A model generated the notes under the pieces. The model worked only from the letters and a program-made list of their open reading frames with translations, was not told the DNA's origin and ran no database searches. A DNA stretch of 64,000 bases, from positions 614,175 through 678,174 of the forward strand of contig CP066693.1 in NCBI GenBank assembly GCA_016432525.1, given 5' to 3'. Positions 18,163 through 28,091 of this stretch are shown piece after piece. The position numbers and the translations under genes are program-made. Positions within the stretch are counted from its first letter, which is position 1; every line of letters starts with the position of its first letter. The DNA is from Candidatus Woesebacteria bacterium. GTDB lineage: Bacteria > Patescibacteriota > Microgenomatia > UBA8517.

Positions 18163-19448
18163 AATATACACCAATAATAGGACTAGAAGTTCACATTGAG
18201 CTATCTTCAAAAAGTAAAATATTTTGTGGCTGTCCAGCTGATCATTTTGGCAAAAGACCAAATACTCAGGTTTGTCCCACTTGCCTAGGTCTTCCGGGAG
18301 CTCTTCCTTATTTAAATCAGAAAGCTGTAGAAGATACCTTGAAATTCGGTTTGGCCTTAGGCTGCTCAATCTCTAAATTTAGCAAATTTGATAGAAAACA
18401 CTATTTTTATCCAGACCTTCCAAAGGCCTATCAAATAAGCCAATATGATTTACCATTTGCAACTAATGGAAAATTAGGAAAATTTAGAATAAGAAGAATT
18501 CATTTAGAAGAAGACACTGCAAAGCTTCAGCATCAGGCAGGCAAGTCTCTGATTGATTTTAATAGATCCTCAGTTCCGCTTGTAGAATTAGTAACAGAGC
18601 CAGATTTTAGATCGGTTTCGGAAGTCTTAGAATTCTTAAAAGAAATTCAAAAGATAGTCAGATTCTTAGAAATTTCCCCAGCTGATATGGAAAAAGGCTC
18701 AATGCGATTAGAGGCAAACATCTCATTGTCAAAAGACAGTTCTCTTCCAAACTACAAAGTTGAGCTTAAAAATATAAATTCCTTCAGATTTTTAAAAAAA
18801 GCAATCGAATCCGAGCTTAAACGCCAAGAGGATATTTTAGAGAAAGGAAAAATTGTCTTACAGGAAACCAGAGGTTTTTATGAAAAACTAGGAACCACTG
18901 TTAGTCAGAGGAGCAAAGAAGAAGCTCATGATTATAGATATTTTCCAGAACCTGATGTTCCGCCTCTAACTTTTACTGATAAATTTATTAATGATTTAAG
19001 TGCTTCTCTTCCAGAATTGCCACAAACTAAAAGACAAAGATTCATATCAGATTTTGCTCTTCCTCAAAATTATGCAGAAACACTAACAGAAGATCGTGCT
19101 CGTTCTGAATTCTTTGAAACGGCCGTTAATATTTCTAAAAAGCTCGACATCTCTCCCAAAATAATCGCAAGTGTAATGGTAAATCAAAATTTAGATCAAA
19201 AATATGATGACCCAGAAAGCTTAATTAAAAAACTTTATGAATTAGAAAAAAAGGAATTTGCATCATATGAAGAAACTAAAGAAGCAATTATTAAAGCTAT
19301 AAATGAAAACGAAAAAGCAGTTTCAGATTATCAAAATGGAAATGGAAATGTCCTAGGTTTTCTAATTGGACAAGTTCAAAAAAGACTCAAAGGAAAAGGA
19401 AACCCTAAAGTAATCAACGAATTACTATTAAAATCTTTACAAAAATAA
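18159..19448 (+). CDS. gatB: Asp/Glu-tRNA amidotransferase subunit B (short form)
   Basis: N-terminus reads PIIGLEVHIELSSKSKIFCGCPADHF...CPTCLGLPGALP. At 429 aa it is shorter than typical GatB. Confidence 0.85.
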   Translation: MKYTPIIGLEVHIELSSKSKIFCGCPADHFGKRPNTQVCPTCLGLPGALPYLNQKAVEDTLKFGLALGCSISKFSKFDRKHYFYPDLPKAYQISQYDLPFATNGKLGKFRIRRIHLEEDTAKLQHQAGKSLIDFNRSSVPLVELVTEPDFRSVSEVLEFLKEIQKIVRFLEISPADMEKGSMRLEANISLSKDSSLPNYKVELKNINSFRFLKKAIESELKRQEDILEKGKIVLQETRGFYEKLGTTVSQRSKEEAHDYRYFPEPDVPPLTFTDKFINDLSASLPELPQTKRQRFISDFALPQNYAETLTEDRARSEFFETAVNISKKLDISPKIIASVMVNQNLDQKYDDPESLIKKLYELEKKEFASYEETKEAIIKAINENEKAVSDYQNGNGNVLGFLIGQVQKRLKGKGNPKVINELLLKSLQK

Positions 19449-19460
19449 TAAAATAGCTTG

Positions 19461-22400
19461 ATGTCCAAAGACTTTGTCCATCTTCATCTACATACTGAAT
19501 ATTCTCTTTTGGATGGTTTAACCAAAACTCAAAAGCTTTTCAAACGTCTAAAAGAGCTTGATATGAAATCCTGTGCAATAACTGACCACGGAGCAATGTA
19601 TGGAGCTATTGAGTTTTATAAAAACGCCAAAAAGGAAGAAATTAAGCCAATTATCGGAATGGAGGCATATACAACTACAATAGATCACAAAAAAAGAGGC
19701 GAACGCTTGAAAAGCCAAAACCATCATCTAGTTTTACTAGCCAAAGACGAAGAAGGTTATAAAAATCTAATGAAATTAACTTCAATTGCCCATCTGGAAG
19801 GTTATTACTACCGCCCTCGTTTTACCCGAACTCTTTTAGAGAAATACCACAAAGGCCTAATTTGTACATCAGCTTGTCCTGCAGGAGAAATAGCTCAGCA
19901 TTTGATCGAAAATAATTTCGACAAAGCCAAAGAAACAGCCAAATGGTTTTCAGAAGTTTTTGGCAAAGATTATTATTTAGAGGTTCAAAGGCATAGCTAT
20001 GACAGTTTTATCGAAAACGCAACCGTTTCAGAAATAAAAGCTGAACTAACAAAAATGCGGGATAACGAGAAAACAATAAACGACGGGGTAGTAAAATTGT
20101 CCAGGGAATTGGGAATTCCTTTGGTTGCAACAAACGATGCTCATTATTTAAATAAAGAAGATGCAACAGCTCAAGACGTACTGGTTTGTGTAGCGACTGG
20201 AAAGCTCGTGACAGATGTTCAAAGAATTCGCTTTATAGATAACACAACATTTTACGTAACTTCAAAAGAGGAAATGAATACTCTTTTCCCAGATCTTCCC
20301 GATGCATTAGAAAACACACTAAAAGTAAGTAATAAATGTGAGCTTGAAATTTCAACTCTTGGAAAATGGTTCTTTCCAAAATTTGAAGTACCAAAAGGCC
20401 AAACAGATAATGAGTATCTTAAAAAATTAGCTTATGGTCATTTTGACAAAGCAATAGGTAAAGAAAATATTGAAGCCAAAAAACGACTAGATTACGAATT
20501 GGGAATTATCATTCAAAAAGGCTATGCTCCTTATTTTTTGATAGTCATGGATATGGTCAATTGGGCAAACAAAAAAGGCATTATTACAAACACCAGGGGG
20601 TCAGCTGCAGGTTCCCTAGTCTCTTTCTGTTTAGGAATTACAACAGTAAACCCTTTAACTTACTACCTTCCTTTCGAAAGGTTTTTAAATCCCTACAGAC
20701 CTTCTCCTCCAGATATTGATTTCGATGTTTCAGATAACAGAAGGGAAGAAGTAATTGCTTACATCACCAAAAAATATGACAAAGAAAAAGTAGCCCAAAT
20801 TTGCACTTTTGGAAGGATGCTTGCCCGAGCTGCGGTCAGAGATGTTGCGAGAGTCCTTGGTTACCCATATGCTATCGGAGATAGGATTTCAAAACTAGTA
20901 CCTCCCCCAAAGCAAGGTTTTCCGATAAATTTAGAATTAGCTCTTACTAAAAGCCCCGAACTTAAAAGGCTTTACGATACAGATGCTGATGCCAAAAAAA
21001 TACTAGATCTTGCTCGCAAAGTTGAAGGGAGCGCAAGGCACTTGTCAGTCCATGCAGCTGGGGTAGTAGTTGCCCCAACAGATTTGACTGATTTTAGCCC
21101 AGTTCAGAAAGAAAATAAGGAAGATAGAGTAATAACTCAATATGAAATGCATGCAGCAGAAGATGTTGGGTTAATTAAATTCGACATTTTAGGAATCAGA
21201 AATTTGTCGATCTTGGGTCTTGCTATTCAAATTGTCAAAAAAGACAAAAATATAAATGTTAACTTAAAGAAAATCCCTCTTGATGACAAAAAAACTTTTG
21301 AAATGTTATCAGAGGGTGAAACAATGGGTGTTTTCCAATTTGCTTCTTCAGGAATGACTCGTTATTTAAAAGAGCTAAAGCCTAATAAAATAGAGGATTT
21401 GATGGCAATGGTTGCTTTATATCGTCCAGGACCTATGGCAGTAATTCCTGAATATATTGCCCGCAAAAACGATCCTAAACTTATTAAATATTTAGATCCA
21501 AGAATGGAAAAATTCTTAAGCGCTTCATATGGACTTCTGGTATATCAAGATGATCTACTTTTCTGTGCTTTAGATTTGGCAGGTTACACATGGGAAGAGG
21601 CAGATAAATTTAGAAAAGCAGTAGGTAAAAAAATTCCAGAAGAAATGGCAGCCCAAAAAGAGAAATTCATCTCAGGTATTATTGCAAATGGTCAAACGAA
21701 AACATTCGCTGAAAATCTGTGGAAACTTTTTGAACCATTCCAAAGTTACGGATTCAACAAAGCTCATGCAGCTTCATATGGGATGGTTGCATATTACACT
21801 GCCTATATGAAGGCGAATTATCCAGTTGAGTATATGTGCGCTCTTTTAACTTCTGAATCAGGTGATACAGACAAAGTTTCTCTAGCTGTCAATGAATGCA
21901 GAAGAATGGAAATTAAAGTATTGCCTCCAGATATTAACGAAAGCAGTGTCGGTTTTACTATTGTAAAAAATAAAGACTCCTTAAATGGAGAAGCTATTCG
22001 TTTTGGACTTTCAGCAATCAAAAATGTAGGAGCAGCTGCAATTGAGGCCATTACAACCGAAAGAGCAAAAGGAAATTTTATCTCGTTTGCCGATTTTCTA
22101 TCTCGAGTAGATAATAGAAAAGTCAACAAAAAAGTACTTGAAAGCCTAATAAAAGTAGGAGCCTTAGAGACTTTTGGTAAAAGGTCGGCTCTATTGGAAT
22201 CAATGGAAGAGCTACGTTCAAAAGTAAAACCTAAAAATTCATCTGGCCAACAGGATCTTTTTGCAACAGAGGATCCTAAGGAAGTTCAAAGTCAAGTTTT
22301 TCAAATAATTTCTGATACTCCAGAATTCTCTGATGATGAAATTCAAGTTTTAGAGCGTCAACTTTTAGGATTTTCTCTTTCAGCAAAGCCAATTTCCGAT

Positions 22401-22940
22401 ATCCTAGGCAACCTTTCAAATTTTGCAACTCACAAAATTTCAGAAATCGCATCAGAGGAAGATTTTCCCGAGCTTATCAAAATTGCCGCGGTTGTCTCAG
22501 AAGTGCGCGTTGTAGTAACTAAAAGATCTAATCAACAAATGGCCTTTGTCAAAGTGCACGATGATACGGGTATTTTAAACTTGGTAATTTTCCCTAAGCT
22601 TTTTAACGAAACCAAAAATTTATGGGTTGATCTAAATCCACTACTTTTGACAGGAAAAATGGACAATTCAAAAGATGATGAACCGGCTCTTTTAGTAGAT
22701 GAAGTAGAAACCAAAGATTCTTTAAAAAACAAAGAAAGTACCCTTTTTATAAAAATCCCAAAAAACACAACTGTTGAAACTTTAAAAGACCTTAAGTCTT
22801 TACTTCTCAAAAACCAAGGTTCTCAAACAGTTACTCTTAGCTTTGAAGGCAAAAATAAAAGTTTGGTTTTGCCCTTCAAAGTTGCCTGGAGTGCTGATCT
22901 AAGTCATCAAATACTTGAATTACTCTTCAAAAAAATATAA
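19461..22940 (+). CDS. dnaE: DNA polymerase III alpha subunit
   Basis: The PHP domain reads FVHLHLHTEYSLLDG, followed by a polymerase core and an OB fold. The ATG at 19461 lies one codon after the track's TTG. Confidence 0.9.
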   Translation: MSKDFVHLHLHTEYSLLDGLTKTQKLFKRLKELDMKSCAITDHGAMYGAIEFYKNAKKEEIKPIIGMEAYTTTIDHKKRGERLKSQNHHLVLLAKDEEGYKNLMKLTSIAHLEGYYYRPRFTRTLLEKYHKGLICTSACPAGEIAQHLIENNFDKAKETAKWFSEVFGKDYYLEVQRHSYDSFIENATVSEIKAELTKMRDNEKTINDGVVKLSRELGIPLVATNDAHYLNKEDATAQDVLVCVATGKLVTDVQRIRFIDNTTFYVTSKEEMNTLFPDLPDALENTLKVSNKCELEISTLGKWFFPKFEVPKGQTDNEYLKKLAYGHFDKAIGKENIEAKKRLDYELGIIIQKGYAPYFLIVMDMVNWANKKGIITNTRGSAAGSLVSFCLGITTVNPLTYYLPFERFLNPYRPSPPDIDFDVSDNRREEVIAYITKKYDKEKVAQICTFGRMLARAAVRDVARVLGYPYAIGDRISKLVPPPKQGFPINLELALTKSPELKRLYDTDADAKKILDLARKVEGSARHLSVHAAGVVVAPTDLTDFSPVQKENKEDRVITQYEMHAAEDVGLIKFDILGIRNLSILGLAIQIVKKDKNINVNLKKIPLDDKKTFEMLSEGETMGVFQFASSGMTRYLKELKPNKIEDLMAMVALYRPGPMAVIPEYIARKNDPKLIKYLDPRMEKFLSASYGLLVYQDDLLFCALDLAGYTWEEADKFRKAVGKKIPEEMAAQKEKFISGIIANGQTKTFAENLWKLFEPFQSYGFNKAHAASYGMVAYYTAYMKANYPVEYMCALLTSESGDTDKVSLAVNECRRMEIKVLPPDINESSVGFTIVKNKDSLNGEAIRFGLSAIKNVGAAAIEAITTERAKGNFISFADFLSRVDNRKVNKKVLESLIKVGALETFGKRSALLESMEELRSKVKPKNSSGQQDLFATEDPKEVQSQVFQIISDTPEFSDDEIQVLERQLLGFSLSAKPISDILGNLSNFATHKISEIASEEDFPELIKIAAVVSEVRVVVTKRSNQQMAFVKVHDDTGILNLVIFPKLFNETKNLWVDLNPLLLTGKMDNSKDDEPALLVDEVETKDSLKNKESTLFIKIPKNTTVETLKDLKSLLLKNQGSQTVTLSFEGKNKSLVLPFKVAWSADLSHQILELLFKKI

Positions 22941-22952
22941 AATACCCTCACT

Positions 22953-23381
22953 ATGGCCCTAAATTTAAATCACAAAGAAAATAAATTCTCAATTGGAGAT
23001 ACAGTCAAAGTTCACCAAAAAATATCAGAGGGTGAAAAAACCAGATCTCAAATATTTGAGGGAATGGTTATTGCAATCAAAAATCGCGATACAGGAAAGT
23101 CTTTCACTGTAAGAAGAATAGGTAGCCAAAAAATAGGAATTGAGGCTATTTTCCCGATCCTTTCTCCAAACATAGAAAAAGTTGAAGTAGTGAGACATGG
23201 TGTTGAAGGGTCTCGTCATGCAAAACTTTACTACACAAGATATAAAAGTAATCGCGAAGTTGAAAAAATTTATTCGCGTTTTATTTCTAAGGAAAAAACA
23301 AAAGCTTTAAAACCTAAAAATAAAGTGACTAAAAAAATGACAAAAGCCAAAACTGCCAAAAAATCTTCGACAAAAAAATAA
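22953..23381 (+). CDS. rplS: 50S ribosomal protein L19 with a Lys-rich C-terminal extension
   Basis: L19 core reads ...FEGMVIAIKNRDTGKSFTVRRIGSQKIGIEAIFPILSPNIEKVEV... and is followed by a Lys-rich tail ending KTAKKSSTKK. Confidence 0.85.
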   Translation: MALNLNHKENKFSIGDTVKVHQKISEGEKTRSQIFEGMVIAIKNRDTGKSFTVRRIGSQKIGIEAIFPILSPNIEKVEVVRHGVEGSRHAKLYYTRYKSNREVEKIYSRFISKEKTKALKPKNKVTKKMTKAKTAKKSSTKK

Positions 23382-23386
23382 TTTTT

Positions 23387-23836
23387 TTATTGGCCTACAA
23401 TTCTGGCACGGCCTAGTTCAACTGCCTTTTTAAGTAGTTCTTTGCGACTCAAAAAAAATATTTCTTTATTACCTTCCTTTTTGGCAATTATTAACCCCAG
23501 GATCAATTGTTTAACTGTATTGGCTTCTTGTTTTCTCAAATAATGGAGTGTCAAAGGAGGCATACCAAATATCTTATGATCAATCTCTAGTGAAGCAAAG
23601 ACCATACTATGTTCAATTATCACATTGGAAATATCATCATACGAAAGGCTAGTTACTCTTTCAGATAAGATAAACGGGCGTTTTATTAAACTAACCTTAT
23701 GTCTATCAACAATCAATATAGAAGGTAACAGGTCAAAAGGAAAAATGGATTTAATTTTCCAAAGAACAGCTTCCCCTCTAGTTATTGCCTTGTCAGACTC
23801 ACGAGATTCAAAAATTATCTTTTTTCTGGTTCCCAC
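23387..23836 (-). CDS. Hypothetical protein (149 aa)
   Basis: GTG start preceded by AAGGA. An extended -10 TGATATAAT lies upstream on the minus strand at 23853-23861. No family was recognised. Confidence 0.4.
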   Translation of the reverse strand: MGTRKKIIFESRESDKAITRGEAVLWKIKSIFPFDLLPSILIVDRHKVSLIKRPFILSERVTSLSYDDISNVIIEHSMVFASLEIDHKIFGMPPLTLHYLRKQEANTVKQLILGLIIAKKEGNKEIFFLSRKELLKKAVELGRARIVGQ

Positions 23837-23925
23837 ATTCCTTGCTACTTACATTATATCATTTCTATTCGTTCCACTTGAAATTTTATTTTTTTGACCT
23901 TTTAATTCATTTACTGACAATTTAT

Positions 23926-23996
23926 TGCACCTGTAGCTCAAAGGCAGAGCATTCCGCTAGATCGGAAGGTTTAGAGGTTCGAATCCTCTCGGGTGC
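23926..23996 (+). tRNA. tRNA-like gene with a canonical acceptor, D-arm and T-arm but an apparent 6-nt anticodon loop (CUAGAU), so the anticodon is unassigned
   Basis: Acceptor stem is gcacctg/cgggtgc with one U-G pair, D-arm is gctc-aaaggca-gagc, anticodon stem ttccg/cggaa is perfect with loop ctagat, variable loop is ggttt, and T-arm is agagg-TTCGAAT-cctct. A candidate -35 TTGACC lies at 23893-23898. Confidence 0.5.
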
Positions 23997-24000
23997 TATG

Positions 24001-24079
24001 GCCAGATATTGGTGGTAATGTACGGGTTGTATCTGTTTCGTCTACCTCCTCCAACACCAATATCTGGTCCTTTTTTTTT
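24001..24079 (+). terminator. Long hairpin followed by a T-run downstream of the tRNA-like gene (putative terminator)
   Basis: The 13-bp stem ccagatattggtg / caccaatatctgg encloses a loop of about 40 nt and is followed by TCC(T)9-10. Confidence 0.4.
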
Positions 24080-24104
24080 ATTTAGTGCTAGAATTAATAT
24101 CTAA

Positions 24105-24593
24105 ATGATAATTCTAGGTATCGACCCAGGAACAGCTACAACTGGATTTGGATTAATTAGCTACAACTATCCCGTCTATGAGGTAATAGATTGGGGTCTT
24201 ATTGAAACCAAAAAAGATTCTTCCCCTGAAGTTCGTCTCGCCAAAATTTACCAAGAAATGCTTTCAATTATTGAACTATACAAGCCCGACGTTTTAGCTA
24301 TGGAAATGCTTTTTTTTGCCACAAACGCAAAAACAGCAATCAAGGTAGGTCAAGCTCAAGGAGTAATTATGCTTTCAGCATCAGCCTTTAATAAAGAAGT
24401 CGTTCAATATGCACCAGGCACCATTAAAAAAGTCATTTCAGGAGATGGGCGTGCTGATAAAATAAAAATGCAAAAAGCTGTCAGAAAGCATTTAGGGTCA
24501 TTTGTTAAAAGTGAAAAAAATAAAAAAACACACTTTGATAATGCAGCAGATGCACTAGCCATAGCTTTATGTCATATTTTTTCAATAAAGTGA
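24105..24593 (+). CDS. ruvC: Holliday junction resolvase RuvC
   Basis: N-terminus reads IILGIDPGTATTGFGLI, and the C-terminus carries the HFDNAADALAIAL catalytic acid context. Confidence 0.85.
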   Translation: MIILGIDPGTATTGFGLISYNYPVYEVIDWGLIETKKDSSPEVRLAKIYQEMLSIIELYKPDVLAMEMLFFATNAKTAIKVGQAQGVIMLSASAFNKEVVQYAPGTIKKVISGDGRADKIKMQKAVRKHLGSFVKSEKNKKTHFDNAADALAIALCHIFSIK

Positions 24594-24988
24594 AGAAAAA
24601 AAGAGGAAAGATTAATTGGGAAAATGCAGTTGATATTCAAAAAAGAATTAATTTCCTTGTCAAAAAGGTACCCATAGATTGGGTTTCACCCAAAAATATT
24701 TATGCATTTAGATCAGTTAATGCAAACACGAGAGCTTATGCTCGTATTTGGGGCTTAGGCAGGATCTGGCAGCAAGCTCTAGATCTAAAGCCTTCCTATC
24801 TAATCGAAGTGATTTCTGAAAAATTTGATCATCTTTCACAGGAACAAAAAGATGAAATACTTCTTCATGAAATAGCTCATATCCCTAAAAATTTTTCAGG
24901 GAGCTTGATGCCACATAAGAGGCGGGGAAAAGGAAATTTTCATGATAAATTGAAACAAATGATTATTCAATATAAAAAAAGTATATGA
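24569..24988 (+). CDS. HExxH-motif putative metal-dependent hydrolase (DUF45/SprT-like)
   Basis: ILLHEIAHIP is followed by ...GNFHDKLK. This is the only recognisable motif. Confidence 0.35.
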   Translation: MSYFFNKVKKKRGKINWENAVDIQKRINFLVKKVPIDWVSPKNIYAFRSVNANTRAYARIWGLGRIWQQALDLKPSYLIEVISEKFDHLSQEQKDEILLHEIAHIPKNFSGSLMPHKRRGKGNFHDKLKQMIIQYKKSI

Positions 24989-25659
24989 AAATTACTCTAA
25001 TTCACGGAGAAGATACCGAAAAATCTAGACAAAGATATATAAATATAATCAACTCTCTAAAAAAGAAAAACTGGGAAATAATTAAAATTAATCTCGAAGA
25101 TAAGCTAAAATTTTCTGATAAAGTTTCTACCTCAAGTAGCCTTTTTTCAGACAAAACTCTTTTTGTAGTTGATAAATTCAACAAGCTTTCAGTTTCAGAG
25201 CTTTCAAAATTAAAAAATCTTAAAACAGATTCAAATATCCTTTTCTGGCAATCGGGCAAAGCTTTACAAAAAAATCTTAAACTTCTCCCAAAAGAGACCA
25301 ATATAGAAAAATTCGAACTTCCCTTTTTAATTTTTAAATTTCTAGATTCTTTTCAACCCAAAAATTCAGTTATTTGTATTAAACTTTTTCATGATGTTTT
25401 AGAAGAGGAACCTGTAGAGCTAGTTTTTGCCATGTTGGCATCTCTAGTTAAAGATTTGTATTGGGCTTCTGTCTCTCCAGAAACTCTTCCTTATCAGCCC
25501 TGGCGCGTAAATAAATTAAAGTCTCTAGGACAAAAATTTGGAGGGTTAAAACTCAAAAAACTTATTCAAACCATGGCAGAATTAGATATAAAATCAAAAA
25601 CTTCTCAAATAAATTTAATAACTTCCCTTGACCTCCTTATTTTCAAAGAACTAAAATGA
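24985..25659 (+). CDS. DNA polymerase III delta subunit-like (HolA-like, short)
   Basis: N-terminus reads KITLIHGEDTEKSRQRYINII, and the C-terminal helical domain reads LIQTMAELDIKSKTSQINLITSLDLLI. Its position next to ruvC and dnaE is consistent. Confidence 0.45.
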   Translation: MKITLIHGEDTEKSRQRYINIINSLKKKNWEIIKINLEDKLKFSDKVSTSSSLFSDKTLFVVDKFNKLSVSELSKLKNLKTDSNILFWQSGKALQKNLKLLPKETNIEKFELPFLIFKFLDSFQPKNSVICIKLFHDVLEEEPVELVFAMLASLVKDLYWASVSPETLPYQPWRVNKLKSLGQKFGGLKLKKLIQTMAELDIKSKTSQINLITSLDLLIFKELK

Positions 25660-26996
25660 AGCTCATGCAAACCCTTTTTGCAACCAGTGGAATTAGAGGA
25701 GACGCCGAAAGTTTATTAACCAATCAATTCTGCTTTGATGTTGGACGTGCTTTTGCTATTTTTCTCAAAAACAATAATCAAAAAAATAAAGCTGCAATAG
25801 GTATGGATCCAAGACCTTCCAGTAGTCGTATTCAAAAAGCAGTAATGTCTGGCTTAATTAAAGAGGGGATTGAAGTTACAAATGAAGGTATCACTCCAAT
25901 TCCTTCAATGAACTATATTTTATTGGCAGACAAAACCTTCGGAGGGTCAATAATGATTACAGGGAGCCATATTAAATCTCACTTAAACGGGATTAAATTT
26001 TTTATTTTCGAAGAGGAGTTGCTTAAAAAAGACGAACTAGAAATTGATAAAATTTATTTTGATCTCAAAGAAAAAGTTAGTTTTGAAGAAAAAGAAATTC
26101 CCCAACCCCAACAAAATGCCCTCAATTTTTACAAAAAACATTTAATGAAGTTAGCATCTGTTCCATATCCTAATTGGAAAGTTGTTGTCGACACTGGAAA
26201 TGGCGCACAAACAATGGTTATTCCTTCACTTTTTCGAGAGCTGGGAATTGAAATCATACCTGTAAACAATTCACTTGATCAACAAATTCTCTCAAGAGAT
26301 ACAGAGGATGCTAAAGAATTTCAAAGCTTGATGGACAAAGTAAAGGAAGTTAGTGCCGATTTTGGTGTCGCTTATGATTCAGATGGAGATAGAACTGTTT
26401 TTGTAAACGAAAATGGTGAATATATTCCCGGCGATTATTCTGCTAGCTTGATTGCTAAAGAGGCTCAAGGTGACACAATTGTAACACCCATAAGTACTTC
26501 TCAAGTCATCGATAATATAAGAAAAAATGTAGTACGTACAAAAGTAGGCTCTCCTCAGGTTAGTGCAAAAATGAAGGAGATTAACGCTCATTTTGGCTTT
26601 GAAGCAAATGGCGGTGGAATATTTAAAGATATGTTAAGCCGCGATGGCGGGCGCACATCAATTGAAGTTTTGAATATATTAAAGGCTCACAACAAAAAAT
26701 TATCAGAATTAATAGCTGAATTACCTAAATTTTACAATTACAAAGACAAAGTAGATTACAAATGGGAACTAAAAGATAAAATAATTAATGATGCGCGTGA
26801 AAACTTTAAAGGAATCAAAGTTGAAGAGCTTGATGGTCTAAAAATTTGGATTGATGAAAAAACCTGGATACTTTTTAGATCTTCAGGTAATGCACCTGAA
26901 TTCAGAGTCTTTGCAGAAAGCAATGAGGATCAAAAAGCAAAAGATCTTCTTAAAAAAGGAATTGATTTTGTAAATCAAATCATAAGTTCAAACTAA
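25656..26996 (+). CDS. Phosphoglucomutase/phosphomannomutase (alpha-D-phosphohexomutase) family protein
   Basis: N-terminus reads ATSGIRGD. The active-site Ser region reads ITGSHIKSHLNGIKF, which is atypical against TASHNP. Metal-binding DSDGDR is present. Confidence 0.7.
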   Translation: MKLMQTLFATSGIRGDAESLLTNQFCFDVGRAFAIFLKNNNQKNKAAIGMDPRPSSSRIQKAVMSGLIKEGIEVTNEGITPIPSMNYILLADKTFGGSIMITGSHIKSHLNGIKFFIFEEELLKKDELEIDKIYFDLKEKVSFEEKEIPQPQQNALNFYKKHLMKLASVPYPNWKVVVDTGNGAQTMVIPSLFRELGIEIIPVNNSLDQQILSRDTEDAKEFQSLMDKVKEVSADFGVAYDSDGDRTVFVNENGEYIPGDYSASLIAKEAQGDTIVTPISTSQVIDNIRKNVVRTKVGSPQVSAKMKEINAHFGFEANGGGIFKDMLSRDGGRTSIEVLNILKAHNKKLSELIAELPKFYNYKDKVDYKWELKDKIINDARENFKGIKVEELDGLKIWIDEKTWILFRSSGNAPEFRVFAESNEDQKAKDLLKKGIDFVNQIISSN

Positions 26997-28066
26997 TGAT
27001 TAATTTAAATTTAAGTGAAGAAATAGAAACCGCCGACAAAGGCAAAATTCTTGAGTCAATAAGATCTCTTGATGGACAAATTTCCCAAGTTTTAGAAGAA
27101 ACCAAAGCTTTTTACCTTCCAGACAGTTACAAAGATATCTTAAATGTCGTAGTTTGCGGAATGGGTGGATCAGCTCTAGGTGGACGCATAGTTAAAGCTC
27201 TGACAACTCCCGCTTCTCGAATTCCTATAGAAATAATAACTGACTACACTCTACCATATTACGTTGGAGAAAAAACTTTAGTAATTCTCTCTTCGTATTC
27301 AGGAAATACTGAAGAAACAATATCAACTCTTTCAAATGCACAAAATAAAGGTGCAAAAATTTTTGGAGTCACAACAGGAGGAAAACTCAAAGATTTGTTA
27401 ATCGAAGCAAAACTTCCAGCATATTTATTTAACCCAAAAAATAATCCTTCAGGCCAGCCCAGAATGGCGCTTGGTTATTCAATTGCCATAAATCTAGTAG
27501 TCTTGGCTAAGTTGGGAGCATTTAATGTCTCAGAAAATGATCTTAAAAAAGCAGTTAAAACTTCGTCGAAATTTATTAAATTATTTGACTCCACAGTTAC
27601 TGAAAACGAAAATATAGCCAAAAAGCTTGCTCAAAAACTATATTTAAAAGCTCCAATTTTGTTTGCAAGCGGCCATCTTCTCGGAATTGCTCATGCTTTC
27701 AAAAACCAAGTTAACGAAAATTCAAAAACTTTTAGTACTCTTTTTGATTTGCCAGAAGCAAACCATCATCTTTTAGAAGGTTTTGGTTTCCCCAAATCTT
27801 CAAAACATGTGTTTCACTTTTTATTTTTTGAATCTAAAAACTACACTCTAAACGCTCAAAAAAGATATCCCATTACAGAAGATGTTGTAAAAAAAGAAGG
27901 CTACGAGTTTAGTGTTTATAAAACTCTCTCGAAAGAAAAACTTGAAGAAATATTTGAAATTCTTGTTCTAGGATCCTATTTAAGTTTTTATTTAGCTCTA
28001 TTAAATGAAATAGATCCCTCACAAATCCCTTGGGTAGATTATTTCAAAAAAGAACTAGCAAAATAA
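26996..28066 (+). CDS. Bifunctional phosphoglucose/phosphomannose isomerase (SIS domain)
   Basis: Two SIS motifs are present: VVCGMGGSALGGRIV and VILSSYSGNTEET. Confidence 0.7.
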   Translation: MINLNLSEEIETADKGKILESIRSLDGQISQVLEETKAFYLPDSYKDILNVVVCGMGGSALGGRIVKALTTPASRIPIEIITDYTLPYYVGEKTLVILSSYSGNTEETISTLSNAQNKGAKIFGVTTGGKLKDLLIEAKLPAYLFNPKNNPSGQPRMALGYSIAINLVVLAKLGAFNVSENDLKKAVKTSSKFIKLFDSTVTENENIAKKLAQKLYLKAPILFASGHLLGIAHAFKNQVNENSKTFSTLFDLPEANHHLLEGFGFPKSSKHVFHFLFFESKNYTLNAQKRYPITEDVVKKEGYEFSVYKTLSKEKLEEIFEILVLGSYLSFYLALLNEIDPSQIPWVDYFKKELAK

Positions 28067-28091
28067 ATTCTTATTCTGTATAGTATTTATA

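Noticed and set aside
23785-24018. A 77-aa + strand ORF
   Set aside because: It spans the tRNA-like gene and its terminator hairpin. It is an artefact of the open frame.
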